From Smithella sp. (GTDB taxonomy: Bacteria; Desulfobacterota; Syntrophia; Syntrophales; Smithellaceae), in contig JASEHT010000002.1 of NCBI GenBank assembly GCA_030018675.1, positions 1 to 43,617 on the forward strand: a DNA stretch of 43,617 nt. The letters are read 5' to 3'. A program made the translations under genes and the position numbers. The first letter of the stretch is position 1. Every line of letters begins with the position of its first letter. The notes under the pieces were generated by a model. The model had not been told where the DNA came from. It searched no databases and saw only the letters and a program-made list of their open reading frames with translations. Positions 8,468 to 17,993 of this stretch are shown in pieces.

Positions 8468-9268
8468 TTAATAACTGTAGCTGATGGCGGCGCCCGCGGA
8501 CCATCGCTCGGAATATTTCCCCTCGATATTCAGACGGAATCCCTTCCCCAGCGGCATATCCAGTCCCGCGAATCCGCCGATGATGGACCGGTTGTGCAGA
8601 AGAGCATGTCCCGCGGAATAGTCGATGCCGGGAATATCGGCGTCCAGCGCCATTTTAGATTCCGAATAATACGCGTAGGGACCGCCGTATAACCGGGCGT
8701 CATAAGGAAGCGTGATTTGAAATCCCAGCCCGCATTGTACGTCCCAGAGATTTTTCACTTTCAACCTGGCGCTGAAAGGAACGCCGCCGGCTTCCCCCGA
8801 AACGTCGTCCCTGAAATCACTGAAATGATATGTGCCCTGAATAAAAAAGCCCGCGCCGAATATCCCGGTCGCCCGATAAAAAGCCTTGGCGCCCAGCGTG
8901 CCGAAAAATTTCCAGTGTTCCCGGAAATCCTTTTTATCGGTAACGGTGGCGGAATCCGCGGAAGCAAAAGCGTCGGCCATTTTGAAATCGGATATTCCAA
9001 TGCGCGCGTACGTTTCCCAAATGTTCTTCGCACCGTAGGCCACATGGGAATAAACGGAGTTTTTTCTGACACTGTGTCTTGCGCCGTTTTCATAAACATC
9101 TTCATCGTACACATAACCGATGGCTGTATTCAATCCCCCCGCCTCCTGCGAAACGGTCTGGGGAGCGCCGAATAATCCCGCCGCGTTCGCCGACGAACCC
9201 ATCGCCAGCAAGGCGAGCGTTACAAAAATCATTACAGAAGAATATCCGCCGGACGGTTTTGTTTTCAT
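8468..9268 (-). CDS. Small outer-membrane beta-barrel protein
   Basis: Signal peptide ending ANA-AG. Alternating aromatic/Gly-rich amphipathic strands. C-terminal ...AAISYSY has an aromatic terminus typical of BAM substrates. Its ATG directly abuts the mlaA stop (TAAATG). Confidence 0.5.
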   Translation of the reverse strand: MKTKPSGGYSSVMIFVTLALLAMGSSANAAGLFGAPQTVSQEAGGLNTAIGYVYDEDVYENGARHSVRKNSVYSHVAYGAKNIWETYARIGISDFKMADAFASADSATVTDKKDFREHWKFFGTLGAKAFYRATGIFGAGFFIQGTYHFSDFRDDVSGEAGGVPFSARLKVKNLWDVQCGLGFQITLPYDARLYGGPYAYYSESKMALDADIPGIDYSAGHALLHNRSIIGGFAGLDMPLGKGFRLNIEGKYSERWSAGAAISYSY

Positions 9269-10207
9269 TTAATGGTCCTTTCCCGCCGCCGGTTCGTCAG
9301 GCAGGGCTGTCTCCGATGGCTGAAACGATGAGGCTATTTTTGCCTGCCGGGATTTTACCCTGTTATAACGGTACTGGACGTAGGCGTCGCGAAAAGCAAG
9401 GTAGGGATCAATGGCCGCTCCCTTCAACGCCTCATAATCGCCCAGTCTCAGCGAGGTGGCGTTGATTTCCTCGTATGCCCTCACGCCCACGCCCGCGTAC
9501 CAGGGGGAAATGTAGGAAACGGGATACAGGAAATAATCGCCGGCAATGGTCACCGAATCGCGGGGGCTGGAGGGACCAAACACCGGCCAGACAATATAAA
9601 AACCGTGACCGATGCCCCAGACACCCAGCGTCTGCCCCAGATCCGTCTCCTGCTTCTGCAAATTCAGTTTTTCCTGCGAGGAGGGATCGAGAAATCCTCC
9701 GACGCCCCAGACGGTGTTGATGGTAAAACGTCCGGCTTCCGCAGCCGCGCCGCTGAAATCCGCCTGCAACAGACAACTCAAAAAACGCGCAGGGAACGCC
9801 AGGTTAAAGAAGAAATTTTTCACGCCCAGACGCGCCGGTTCAGGAACGACCGCTTTATACCCCTGCGCCGCCGGCTTGAGCGCCCAGAAATAAAGCTTGT
9901 CGTTGAACTGATGCATAACCCGATTGAACGGCTCCAGCGGATCGGCAATCGTCAATTTATGTTCGGGGATTTGCGTGTCCGGAAGGTCGTAATCATCTTC
10001 CTCGAAATCGCCGTAGGCGTCATCCATCGCGCTGTCAATCTGGGCGCCGGACGGCACCGGATCCGGGTCGGAGGTGACAACCGTTATAACCGGCGTTGAC
10101 GCATCCGCCGCGGACAAATGAACAGGCGTGTTTGTCTCGTTTGCGTATCCCGCCGCCGAAAAGATTAAAAAGAAAATAAAGGTCAAATAAGATTTCATTG
10201 ATCCCAA
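9269..10207 (-). CDS. mlaA: MlaA/VacJ-family lipoprotein
   Basis: DPLEPFNRVMHQFNDKLY...GVKNFFFNLAFPARFLSCLLQ...GRFTINTVWGVGGFLD matches the conserved MlaA core. It is the last gene of the mla string. Confidence 0.8.
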   Translation of the reverse strand: MGSMKSYLTFIFFLIFSAAGYANETNTPVHLSAADASTPVITVVTSDPDPVPSGAQIDSAMDDAYGDFEEDDYDLPDTQIPEHKLTIADPLEPFNRVMHQFNDKLYFWALKPAAQGYKAVVPEPARLGVKNFFFNLAFPARFLSCLLQADFSGAAAEAGRFTINTVWGVGGFLDPSSQEKLNLQKQETDLGQTLGVWGIGHGFYIVWPVFGPSSPRDSVTIAGDYFLYPVSYISPWYAGVGVRAYEEINATSLRLGDYEALKGAAIDPYLAFRDAYVQYRYNRVKSRQAKIASSFQPSETALPDEPAAGKDH

Positions 10208-10252
10208 CCATGCTTTCAGGCGAACCGGCAGAAAATGAAGACGGGCGTTATT

Positions 10253-10852
10253 TTAATGCTTGCTGACCATGTCGCGCAGTGTTGCCAGCAGTTGTTCCGG
10301 CGTATTCTTCGAAAGGATATCGTTGAACTGTGTGCGGTAATTCTGCACCAGACTGACGTTTTCCACGATTACGTCATAGACTTTCCATTTGCCGTCCTTG
10401 AGTATCACCCGGTAGAAAATGGGGATTTCCTTGGATGACGTTATGATCTTGCTCTGGATTTCCGCCTGCGTTGCGGTCAGCATGGTCTCTCTATAGAATT
10501 CAACCTTTTCGTTTGTGTAGTCGAGAATCTTATCCGCGTAATTCTTTTCGAGAACCTGCTTGAAAAGCTCCACGAATTCCACCCGCTGGGCGGGAGTCAG
10601 GTTGTTCCAGTTGCGCGTCAGGGTTCTTCTGGAAAATTCAATCTGATCGAACATGTCATCGAAAATCACCCGCAGCTTGTTTTTCTTAATCTCCTTGGCG
10701 GAAGCGGCTTTCAACTTCGGATCGCGCAGTACATCGAGCACCTTATCCACGTTTTTCTGAACCGTGTCCATCGGCGCACCCGCGTAACCCGGACTATTCA
10801 ACACAAAAAGCATGATCATGAAAATGCAGATTCCCGCAATTAGTTTTTTCAT
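10253..10852 (-). CDS. mlaC: MlaC/Ttg2D-family periplasmic phospholipid-binding protein
   Basis: 199 aa with a signal peptide. The pattern ...FDxxxxSRRTLxxxWNxLTPAQRxEFVxLFK... is characteristic of the toluene-tolerance Ttg2D/MlaC family. It sits between mlaD and mlaA. Confidence 0.75.
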   Translation of the reverse strand: MKKLIAGICIFMIMLFVLNSPGYAGAPMDTVQKNVDKVLDVLRDPKLKAASAKEIKKNKLRVIFDDMFDQIEFSRRTLTRNWNNLTPAQRVEFVELFKQVLEKNYADKILDYTNEKVEFYRETMLTATQAEIQSKIITSSKEIPIFYRVILKDGKWKVYDVIVENVSLVQNYRTQFNDILSKNTPEQLLATLRDMVSKH

Positions 10853-10883
10853 CTGGTTTTACCTCCTGGATTTTGTTGCCGCT

Positions 10884-11339
10884 CTATTGCGGCTTAACCT
10901 CGCCGAACGCGTATTTGCCGATAACGTCCACGATATCAATAGACGCCTGCGTTTCAATGATAACACCTTCAGGCTCAAGCACCGTTCCGGATCCGCCCGG
11001 ATCTATACTGACATACTTGTCGCCCATCAGCCCCTCGGTTTTTATGGAAGCAATGGCATCATCATATATATGAATTCCCTTTTTGATTCGAAGCTCAACC
11101 ATCGCTCTCTGATTTTCCTGATCCATGGTTATTTTATTCACCCGTCCGACCTCAATACCGAGAATTTGAACCGGGTTGCCATGGCGCAGACCGCTTACGG
11201 AAAGAAAATTGGCCGTCAGGGGATAGGCATTGTCGCCGAATAAATACACATTGCCCAGTTTCACGGTCATGTATCCGATACAGACCAATCCCAAAAAGAC
11301 AAAAATTCCTACGATGGTTTCAATCTTATATTTTTTCAT
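10884..11339 (-). CDS. mlaD: MlaD (single MCE-domain protein)
   Basis: N-terminal TM anchor followed by an MCE domain (GLRHGNPVQILGIEVGRV). 151 aa. It starts 4 nt after the ATPase gene. Confidence 0.85.
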   Translation of the reverse strand: MKKYKIETIVGIFVFLGLVCIGYMTVKLGNVYLFGDNAYPLTANFLSVSGLRHGNPVQILGIEVGRVNKITMDQENQRAMVELRIKKGIHIYDDAIASIKTEGLMGDKYVSIDPGGSGTVLEPEGVIIETQASIDIVDVIGKYAFGEVKPQ

Positions 11340-11343
11340 TCAT

Positions 11344-12591
11344 CTACTCCTTGACGGCACATTGCATCCGTCCGATTTCTTTTTGTTGACCTCTGGCCGA
11401 ATTAATCACGGCGTCTATTTCCTCAATCGGCTGGCCTTCGGCGACCCCTGCTAGAATAGCAAAATCCACGCATTTTTCCAACCGGGTCTTCTTTTGCGCC
11501 TCCTCCCAGATATCCCGGATTCCCTTCTCCTGAAAATCGGCGATAAATTGCTTTAAAATGCTTTCTGCCTCTTGGAGATCGGAATAAGGCAGCACGGTCA
11601 CAATTTCATCGTGATTGCGACGCGTGGAAAATCCGCCGATGGAACCGAAGTGTTTGTCCACGTAAAGTCCCATGGAATGAATGATTACCTGCGCCGCGTC
11701 ATATCCGAGCATGGATTTTATCGCGTCCAGACCGGATAATGTAAAGACGGCCACACAATAACTTTCATCCGATTTTCTTCGTTGAAACTGTGTGCGATTC
11801 AGCATTTTAAACTGTCGTTGGGAATAAAGCCCCGTCAGTTCGCGTTGCAGACTTTCCAGGCTGCGGATCACTTCATCGGTGAACGGGTGTTCAAAATCAC
11901 CCAGTTCTTCCGGTGTGCCCTGAAAAACCACTTCTTTATCGTACAGGGCAAGAATGCTGTTGGAAATAAAATAAACGTCGGGTATCTCATGGCTGACCAT
12001 GATGGCCGTAAAGTTAAATTTTCTCTGATACTGCGCGATCATGCTCAGGATGGCGTTTTTTCTGACGGGGTCCTGTCCCGTGGTCGGCTCGTCAAACAGC
12101 ACCACCTTGGGATCGGTCACCAGAGCCCGCGCCAGAGCCGCGCGCTTCTGCATGCCTCCGGAAAGTTCCGAAGGAAATTTATGAGCGGCTTCCGTCAATT
12201 CGGTCTGTTCGATTCTGGCCATGACCCGTTTGTGGATTTCGGATTTATGCAATTTTGTTTTTTCCAGGAGCGGCAGCGCGATGTTGTCATAAACCGTCAT
12301 GGAGCCGAACAAAGCGTTGCTTTGAAACATGTAGCTCATCTGGGACATTAATTCGTTCATTTCCGCTTTTTTCATCTCGTTCACCGGCTGGCCGCGAAAA
12401 AGAATGGTCCCTTCATCGGGCTTGAGCAATCCGATAATATGCTTGAGCAGGACGCTTTTTCCCGAGCCGCTCAGGCCGATAATCGTGGTGACCTGTCCTT
12501 CGTAAATCTGCAGATTCACCTTATCCAGAACCGTTTGCGTTCCGAATCGTTTGGTCACATTTTTAAATTCAATCAGAGGCGTCGTCATCAT
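11344..12591 (-). CDS. mlaF: MlaF-type ABC ATPase fused to a C-terminal degenerate GGDEF-like domain
   Basis: Residues 1-245 have Walker A GLSGSGKS, signature LSGGMQKRAALARA and Walker B VLFDEPTTGQD. Residues ~250-408 align to the GGDEF fold (ELTGLYSQRQF ... VAVFTLSGLDAIKSMLGY ... RRNHDEIVTVLP ...). NHDEI replaces GGDEF (nt 11602..11616). Confidence 0.8.
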   Translation of the reverse strand: MMTTPLIEFKNVTKRFGTQTVLDKVNLQIYEGQVTTIIGLSGSGKSVLLKHIIGLLKPDEGTILFRGQPVNEMKKAEMNELMSQMSYMFQSNALFGSMTVYDNIALPLLEKTKLHKSEIHKRVMARIEQTELTEAAHKFPSELSGGMQKRAALARALVTDPKVVLFDEPTTGQDPVRKNAILSMIAQYQRKFNFTAIMVSHEIPDVYFISNSILALYDKEVVFQGTPEELGDFEHPFTDEVIRSLESLQRELTGLYSQRQFKMLNRTQFQRRKSDESYCVAVFTLSGLDAIKSMLGYDAAQVIIHSMGLYVDKHFGSIGGFSTRRNHDEIVTVLPYSDLQEAESILKQFIADFQEKGIRDIWEEAQKKTRLEKCVDFAILAGVAEGQPIEEIDAVINSARGQQKEIGRMQCAVKE

Positions 12592-12596
12592 TCATC

Positions 12597-13448
12597 CTAG
12601 ATAAGCAGCAGTGAAGTCACCACGTAATCCGAAACAAGAATCAGCACGCAGGAAATCACGACGGCCGAGGTGGTGGCCAGTCCGACTGCCTTAGCCCCCT
12701 TGCTGTCCTTGCGCCTATGTACATAATATCCCTGATAACAGCACACGGTCGCCACGATGACCGCGAACACGATGGACTTGGCGAAACCATCGGTAATGTC
12801 CTTTATATCCACGTAGGACTGAATGCTGTGCAGATACGTTCCGGCATTCAGCCCCATCAAAATGACGCCGGTAATATAGCCTCCGATAATGCCGATAATA
12901 TCAAACGCGGCGGTTAAAAGAGGGAAACTGATGATTGACGCCGTAATTCGCGGGCTGATGATATAACTGAACGGGTCAATGCGCATGGTTTTCAAGGCGT
13001 CCACCTGCTCGGTGATGCGCTGAATGCCTATTTCGGCTGTAATGGCCGAACCCGCCCGGGCCGTAATCATGATGGCGGTCAAAACCGGTCCCAGTTCCCG
13101 GATCAGCGACAGGGAGACCAGCGTTCCCAGCGCGCCCTGAGCGCCGAATTGCACCAGAGCGTGATAAGATTGCAGACCCAGAACCATGCCGGTGAAAAGG
13201 CTCACCAGCAAGATGATTGTTGTTGACCGGGCTCCGATATAATAAATCTGCTGCACAACTTTGGGAAGCTGCTTGGGATGCAATGATCTCAACAGGGCAA
13301 CAAAAAGGAAAATCGTGGCTGCGCCTAAAACGTGGATCCATTCAATCACTTTTGTGCCAAGGTGAGCGAAAAGCCTTTCCATCAACGCGGCCAAAGAGGA
13401 TTCTTGTTTGCCCCGGGTATGATTCCAATTATTTTCAGCAAAAGCCAT
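12597..13448 (-). CDS. mlaE: MlaE permease
   Basis: 283-aa polytopic membrane protein. RELGPVLTAIMITARAGSAITAEIG is the conserved MlaE/Ttg2B motif. It is the first gene of the mla string. Confidence 0.85.
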   Translation of the reverse strand: MAFAENNWNHTRGKQESSLAALMERLFAHLGTKVIEWIHVLGAATIFLFVALLRSLHPKQLPKVVQQIYYIGARSTTIILLVSLFTGMVLGLQSYHALVQFGAQGALGTLVSLSLIRELGPVLTAIMITARAGSAITAEIGIQRITEQVDALKTMRIDPFSYIISPRITASIISFPLLTAAFDIIGIIGGYITGVILMGLNAGTYLHSIQSYVDIKDITDGFAKSIVFAVIVATVCCYQGYYVHRRKDSKGAKAVGLATTSAVVISCVLILVSDYVVTSLLLI

Positions 13449-13520
13449 GAATAAAGTTACCCCTTGTTTCAGATTAGGCGAATGACATTTTTTACATATT
13501 TATTGATTTTCGTCAACCGT

Positions 13521-14405
13521 TTACTGAAAGACTTCCGTCATAAATTCTTTTATGATTTTAGTAACTTCTTTAGGTTTTTCCATGGGGATCAGGTGGCCGG
13601 CTCCGTCAACAGACTGATATCTTCCGTCTTTTAATAACGATACCGCTTTTTTCAAATCAATAAATTCCCTATTGGTGCTTTTTTCACCTTCCAAAATGAG
13701 AACCGGACAGGTCAATTCCTTTAACAACGGCCAGGGGTTGGTGCTTTTTCCGCCCATAAACAGCGCGGCTTCACTTCTCGGAGCGCAGGTCAGTTTCAGG
13801 TCGCCCTGCGCCTGTTTTTCCATGCCGTATTTAACGTAGAATTGAAGCATCTGTTCGTCCCATCCGGAAAAGAGCGATTTGGATTTCAGATATTCCAGGG
13901 CAGACTGTTCATCTTTCCAGCTGTTTTTTCTTTTGATCGACTGCGCCGCGAGGGGATGATCCTTGAGCTTGATATCCATTTCGTAAAACGCTTCCGGCAG
14001 GAAAATCGGCTCCATCAGAATCATGCCGCGGGGCTGAAGGCCAAAAAGCGCCGTGGCAATGGTGAGCACCGTGGCGCCCATGGAATGCCCGACCGCCAGA
14101 TGATCGGTGATATTCCGGGAACTGCAGAAACTGATGATGTCGCGGGCAATCACATCCCAGGACAGCCCGCCGCTTTCCGGATCGCAATCCCGGTAATTGC
14201 AGATATACGGCGCCCACGCCTGCTGATGAGGCGTCAGATTTTCGATGATGGGATGCCACAGCCAGGGCAGAAAACCGGTGGCATGGGCAAAAAGAATCGG
14301 TGGCGCTTCTCCTTCATAATAAAGATACGGCAATTCCGCGCCGCCGACATCGTGAATTTTTAATGACGGGATTTCTTTTTCTTTCATATCTTTTTCATTT
14401 TTCAT
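13521..14405 (-). CDS. Alpha/beta-fold hydrolase
   Basis: HG oxyanion region (ILFAHATG), nucleophile elbow GHSMGA and a C-terminal GAGHLIP His motif. Confidence 0.8.
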   Translation of the reverse strand: MKNEKDMKEKEIPSLKIHDVGGAELPYLYYEGEAPPILFAHATGFLPWLWHPIIENLTPHQQAWAPYICNYRDCDPESGGLSWDVIARDIISFCSSRNITDHLAVGHSMGATVLTIATALFGLQPRGMILMEPIFLPEAFYEMDIKLKDHPLAAQSIKRKNSWKDEQSALEYLKSKSLFSGWDEQMLQFYVKYGMEKQAQGDLKLTCAPRSEAALFMGGKSTNPWPLLKELTCPVLILEGEKSTNREFIDLKKAVSLLKDGRYQSVDGAGHLIPMEKPKEVTKIIKEFMTEVFQ

Positions 14406-14491
14406 GCATCGGACGAAGCAAGCAGACCTTTATTCAGCAGCCGGTCGCCGGTCTTTACGCCCTACGCCCCAAGACAGGGACAGAGTCTTTT

Positions 14492-15046
14492 TTAAAAAAC
14501 AAACACCGCCACGGCTATGACCGTGGTGAAATTATTATTTTTGCAAATCGTTGATTGTGTAACGTTAAGGGTTCGAACGATCTTCCCGCTGATTTTAAAA
14601 ATTTCCTTTTTCTCATCCCAGCTTTCATCAACGTTGAAGTCAATGCCCAACGTCGAAGCCAGCATCGCCGCGGCGAGGTCTTCCGCGTAATCGCCCGACT
14701 GTTTTTCGTTCTGTCCGAACGCATGGTGCTCGCTGATGTAACCGTAGGATGACTTGTCCGCGGGAATAGCACAACCGACAGAGGCGGCCAGAAGTCTTTT
14801 CGGTTCGTTGGTGCAGCAGCGGCTTAAAACACAATAGGTGATAGCGCCCGGTGTCAATTCTTTCAAGCCCTGGGTTTTGGAAATCACCTTGCAGCCCGGG
14901 GGGAATATACTCGAAACCTGCACGAGATTGCATTTTTCTATTCCCGCATCACGCAAGGCACGCTCAAAGGAATGCAGTTCATCCTTGTGCGTGCCCACCC
15001 CTTTGGTAAAAAAAATCTTTTTAGGCACAAAGCTATTCATTTTCAT
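14492..15046 (-). CDS. pdaD: Pyruvoyl-dependent arginine decarboxylase
   Basis: [13 protein letters not shown]...[26 protein letters not shown] carries the Ser-Ser self-cleavage site typical of PdaD. Size is ~180 aa. Confidence 0.8.
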   Translation of the reverse strand: MKMNSFVPKKIFFTKGVGTHKDELHSFERALRDAGIEKCNLVQVSSIFPPGCKVISKTQGLKELTPGAITYCVLSRCCTNEPKRLLAASVGCAIPADKSSYGYISEHHAFGQNEKQSGDYAEDLAAAMLASTLGIDFNVDESWDEKKEIFKISGKIVRTLNVTQSTICKNNNFTTVIAVAVFVF

Positions 15047-15255
15047 CTCCTTACTCGCTCCTTCAATGAAGCACTGGTGTATTTTTTAAAATCAGCCTTC
15101 CCAAGCGCCGAATTTATTTTTTAAGCTTATACCAGTGTTCGACGCCTTATGCCACTAAATTATTTAACAATTTATGATTTTTTTTGTTTCTTTCACCTTG
15201 CCGAAAATTTAAAAAAAGACTATACAAACTCATCGCTCACGAAGAGGATCTCCGG

Positions 15256-16665
15256 ATGAAGCCCCGATTACTTTACTGCATTTTAACCATCATCATTTTA
15301 CTTGGCTGCCAAACGCTGCCTGAAGCCATCCAGGACGAAAGGGACTTGACTCAGGATCACACGGCCTATGTCGAGGAGGCAACGGCCGAAGCAATGTTTC
15401 TTCTGTCGCCCGATGCGCAGGCAAAAATGGATGCCGATTACAACACGATCTATTTTTCCGTCTGGCATAATTCGGAACCCGCTCACGCTTCGTTGGAAAG
15501 AGTGTCGTCTATTTTCAAAAGATTCAGTTTCAATCTCGGCTATGGAGAGAACAAACGCAAACATTCCCCGGTCTGGCTGAAAAAACTTCAAAAAAATGCT
15601 TCCCTGGAAAACTATCCCAACACGATGCAGTTTGCGATCACCGCCCGCCACACCAATCTGCGCATGATGCCTACGAACGGCCCTCATTTTTACAAGCCCC
15701 GTGGAGACATTTCCGGCTGGCCTTTTGACAACATGCAAATATCCTCCGTCCCCGCGAACATTCCTTTAATGGTTTTTCATTTAAGCGAGGATAAGTCATG
15801 GGCGCTGGTGGAAACCAGTTTTGCTTTCGGCTGGATGCCTGTTGAAGATTTCGCGCGCGTCGATGAAAATTTCATGAAAGCGTGGGAATCCGGCCGTTAT
15901 GCGGTTGTGATTAAGGATAAAACATCCATTTATGACGCCGAAGGCAACTTCAGCCTGCGAACATCCATCGGACAGGTATTTCCCTTGGTTAATGCCCTGC
16001 CGGACAAAATGGAAATCCTCATCGCCGCGGCGGACGAAAACAGCAACGCAATCATCAAACGCGGTTTTGTTTCCCCGGATGTGGTCGCGCCCAAACCCCT
16101 GCCGTTTACTTATGAAAACGCCGTGATCATCGCCAACGAGATGATTGATGAACCATACGGTTGGGGCGGGCTGTACGGCAATCGCGACTGCTCGGCCATG
16201 ACGAGGGATTTTTTCGCGCCTTTCGGCATCTGGCTGCCCCGGCATTCGGAAGACCAGGTTAAAAAAGTCGGCTCGTACATCGACCTCAAAGACCTGAAAC
16301 CAGATGAAAAAGAAAAGGTCATCCGGGAAAAAGGCGTGCCTTATCTGAGCCTGCTCTGGCGCAAAGGCCATGTGATGCTTTATATCGGAGAACAGAACGA
16401 CCGGGCGCTCATCTTCCATAACGCCTGGGGCATAAGGACCAAAGATTTCAGAGGCCGGGAAGGCCGGAAAATCATCGGCAAGGCGGTTATTACGACATTA
16501 TGCCCGGGAGCGGAACTGCTATGTCTTGATCCGGAAGGTCTGTTGATTAAAAATATTGCCGCGCTGACCATCCTCGCGCCGCAAGAAAAAACGCAGCCTG
16601 GCCAGGAAGAAGATGTTCTCTCTTCAAAGAACATTGAAGCAAGCGATAATAGCAAATCCCTATAA
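15256..16665 (+). CDS. NlpC/P60 (C40) cell-wall peptidase lipoprotein with SH3-like N-terminal region
   Basis: Catalytic Cys motif YGWGGLYGNRDCSAMTRDFF and downstream His (GHVMLYIG). The start is moved from the TTG at 15184 to ATG 15256, which is preceded by GAAGAGGA. This gives a lipoprotein signal MKPRLLYCILTIIILLGC. Confidence 0.8.
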   Translation: MKPRLLYCILTIIILLGCQTLPEAIQDERDLTQDHTAYVEEATAEAMFLLSPDAQAKMDADYNTIYFSVWHNSEPAHASLERVSSIFKRFSFNLGYGENKRKHSPVWLKKLQKNASLENYPNTMQFAITARHTNLRMMPTNGPHFYKPRGDISGWPFDNMQISSVPANIPLMVFHLSEDKSWALVETSFAFGWMPVEDFARVDENFMKAWESGRYAVVIKDKTSIYDAEGNFSLRTSIGQVFPLVNALPDKMEILIAAADENSNAIIKRGFVSPDVVAPKPLPFTYENAVIIANEMIDEPYGWGGLYGNRDCSAMTRDFFAPFGIWLPRHSEDQVKKVGSYIDLKDLKPDEKEKVIREKGVPYLSLLWRKGHVMLYIGEQNDRALIFHNAWGIRTKDFRGREGRKIIGKAVITTLCPGAELLCLDPEGLLIKNIAALTILAPQEKTQPGQEEDVLSSKNIEASDNSKSL

Positions 16666-16881
16666 GCTTCGCTTAAGGGAAAACTTCCTTAAGGCTCACG
16701 ATGCCTAACTGCCAAGGCGGAGGGATAGTTTCCAATCCCGATATATCGGAACTGGATAATTCGACCAGCAAACTTCAGTACGTCTATAGTGCCCTTTAGG
16801 GTATTCACTTCTGAAGTTTGGGTCTCATTACAACCAGCAGATATTGCTGCATTGCCTTTGCAATATCTGGGTTTCACTATT

Positions 16882-17655
16882 ATGAAATATAAAATCACTC
16901 TCGAATACGACGGCACCAACTATCGCGGCTGGCAGTCGCAAAAAAACGCCCACAGCGTTCAGGATACCTTGATCAAGGCGGCGGAAAATTTTCTGGGCGC
17001 GCCGGTGAACGTCCAGGGCGCGGGCCGAACCGACGCCGGTGTTCATGCCCTGGGACAGGTCGCCCATCTGGAAACGTCCAAAAAAGTTCATCCGGACTCC
17101 CTGCGTATGGGTATCAACGACAACCTGCCCGCCAGCGTCAATATCCTGAAGGTGGAAAACGCCCAGCCGCTGTTTCATGCCCGCCATCACGCCGTCAGCC
17201 GCAGCTATTTGTATCTTATTTCCAGAAGGCGCACGGCTTTCGGCAAACGCTATGTCTGGTGGGTGAAAGACAACCTCGACTGCGCCAAAATGAAACAGGC
17301 GCTCGACATGTGTCAGGGCTTTCACGACTTCGCCTCCTTTGCCGACAAAAGAATGGACAAGGATGCTTCGACAAAAGTCAACATCGAAGGCATCTGGCTC
17401 AAGGAATTTGACGACATCATCGCCGTGCGCATTGTCGGCTCGCATTTCCTTTGGAAAATGGTGCGCCGCATCGTCGGCGTAACCGTCGAGGTAGGACGCG
17501 GTAATTTCACCAAACGCGACATCGAAAAAATGCTCAACACTTATTCGGAACTTCCGGCGCGCTTCACCGCCCCGCCTTCCGGTCTTTTTTTGGAAAAGGT
17601 TTTATACGAAGGCGACAAACTGCCGCCCATCACACCGCCGGTTTCTCTGTTTTAA
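16882..17655 (+). CDS. truA: tRNA pseudouridine(38-40) synthase
   Basis: MKYKITLEYDGTNYRGWQSQ...GAGRTDAGVHALGQVAH carries the catalytic Asp motif. The start is set at ATG 16882 rather than the upstream in-frame start of the track ORF. Confidence 0.9.
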   Translation: MKYKITLEYDGTNYRGWQSQKNAHSVQDTLIKAAENFLGAPVNVQGAGRTDAGVHALGQVAHLETSKKVHPDSLRMGINDNLPASVNILKVENAQPLFHARHHAVSRSYLYLISRRRTAFGKRYVWWVKDNLDCAKMKQALDMCQGFHDFASFADKRMDKDASTKVNIEGIWLKEFDDIIAVRIVGSHFLWKMVRRIVGVTVEVGRGNFTKRDIEKMLNTYSELPARFTAPPSGLFLEKVLYEGDKLPPITPPVSLF

Positions 17656-17857
17656 CAAAGAGCGAAGTCTCCTTCTTCCGCTCATGAGTTGAATGCAAAT
17701 CCAATGCAATAATCAGATATGAAAGAATACATGCTTTCCGGCGCCAATTTCTTCTCTAAAAGAAAGGTTTGAAACTCCGGAGGAATGTCATTTTTCTTGC
17801 TGTCGGACAAATTTCCTATAATATACCAACTTGGCTTAAGTAGGATAAACACGATTA

Positions 17858-17979
17858 AATACCAAGTAGCAAACGTTGATTTTATTGGATTTTTAAGCAC
17901 TTTTTCCTTTGTATTCTTCACAAAAAATAGTAATATCCGCTCCGAAAGCGGAAAAAACCAAGTAAGTATATTAATTGTT
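17858..17979 (+). repeat. 122-nt intergenic repeat, copy A, ending at the G-TT junction of the first cassette
   Basis: By hand alignment it is ~85 percent identical, with one 1-nt indel, to 40881..41003. The repeat runs AATACCAAGTAGCAAA...CTTTGTATTCTTC...TCCGAAAGCGGAAAAAAC.AAGTAAGTATATTAATTGTT. It contains the internal direct repeat ACCAAGTAG / ACCAAGTAAG and a conserved TCCG-loop-CGGA hairpin. Confidence 0.7.
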
Positions 17980-17993
17980 AGAGCAAAAAATAT

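Noticed and set aside
15184-15255. TTG-initiated N-terminal extension of the NlpC/P60 ORF
   Set aside because: The downstream ATG at 15256 has a good SD and yields a canonical lipoprotein signal peptide. The extension adds a charged segment in front of it.
16818-16831. 14-mer TTGGGTCTCATTAC shared upstream of truA (16818..16831) and upstream of efp (22634..22647)
   Set aside because: A single exact 14-mer match in 43.6 kb over both strands is close to chance expectation. The flanks do not align, and it matches no promoter consensus I know (it does not fit sigma54 GG-N10-GC).
16738-16869. Short palindromes in the truA leader (CCGATATATCGG at 16738..16749; CAGATATTGC/GCAATATCTG at 16838..16869) and upstream of efp (AACAAAAT-aggca-ATTTTGTT at 22715..22735)
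   Set aside because: They are real inverted repeats and plausible operators or hairpins. However, they are short, AT-rich and unsupported by any second copy or adjacent regulator, so I cannot distinguish them from background.
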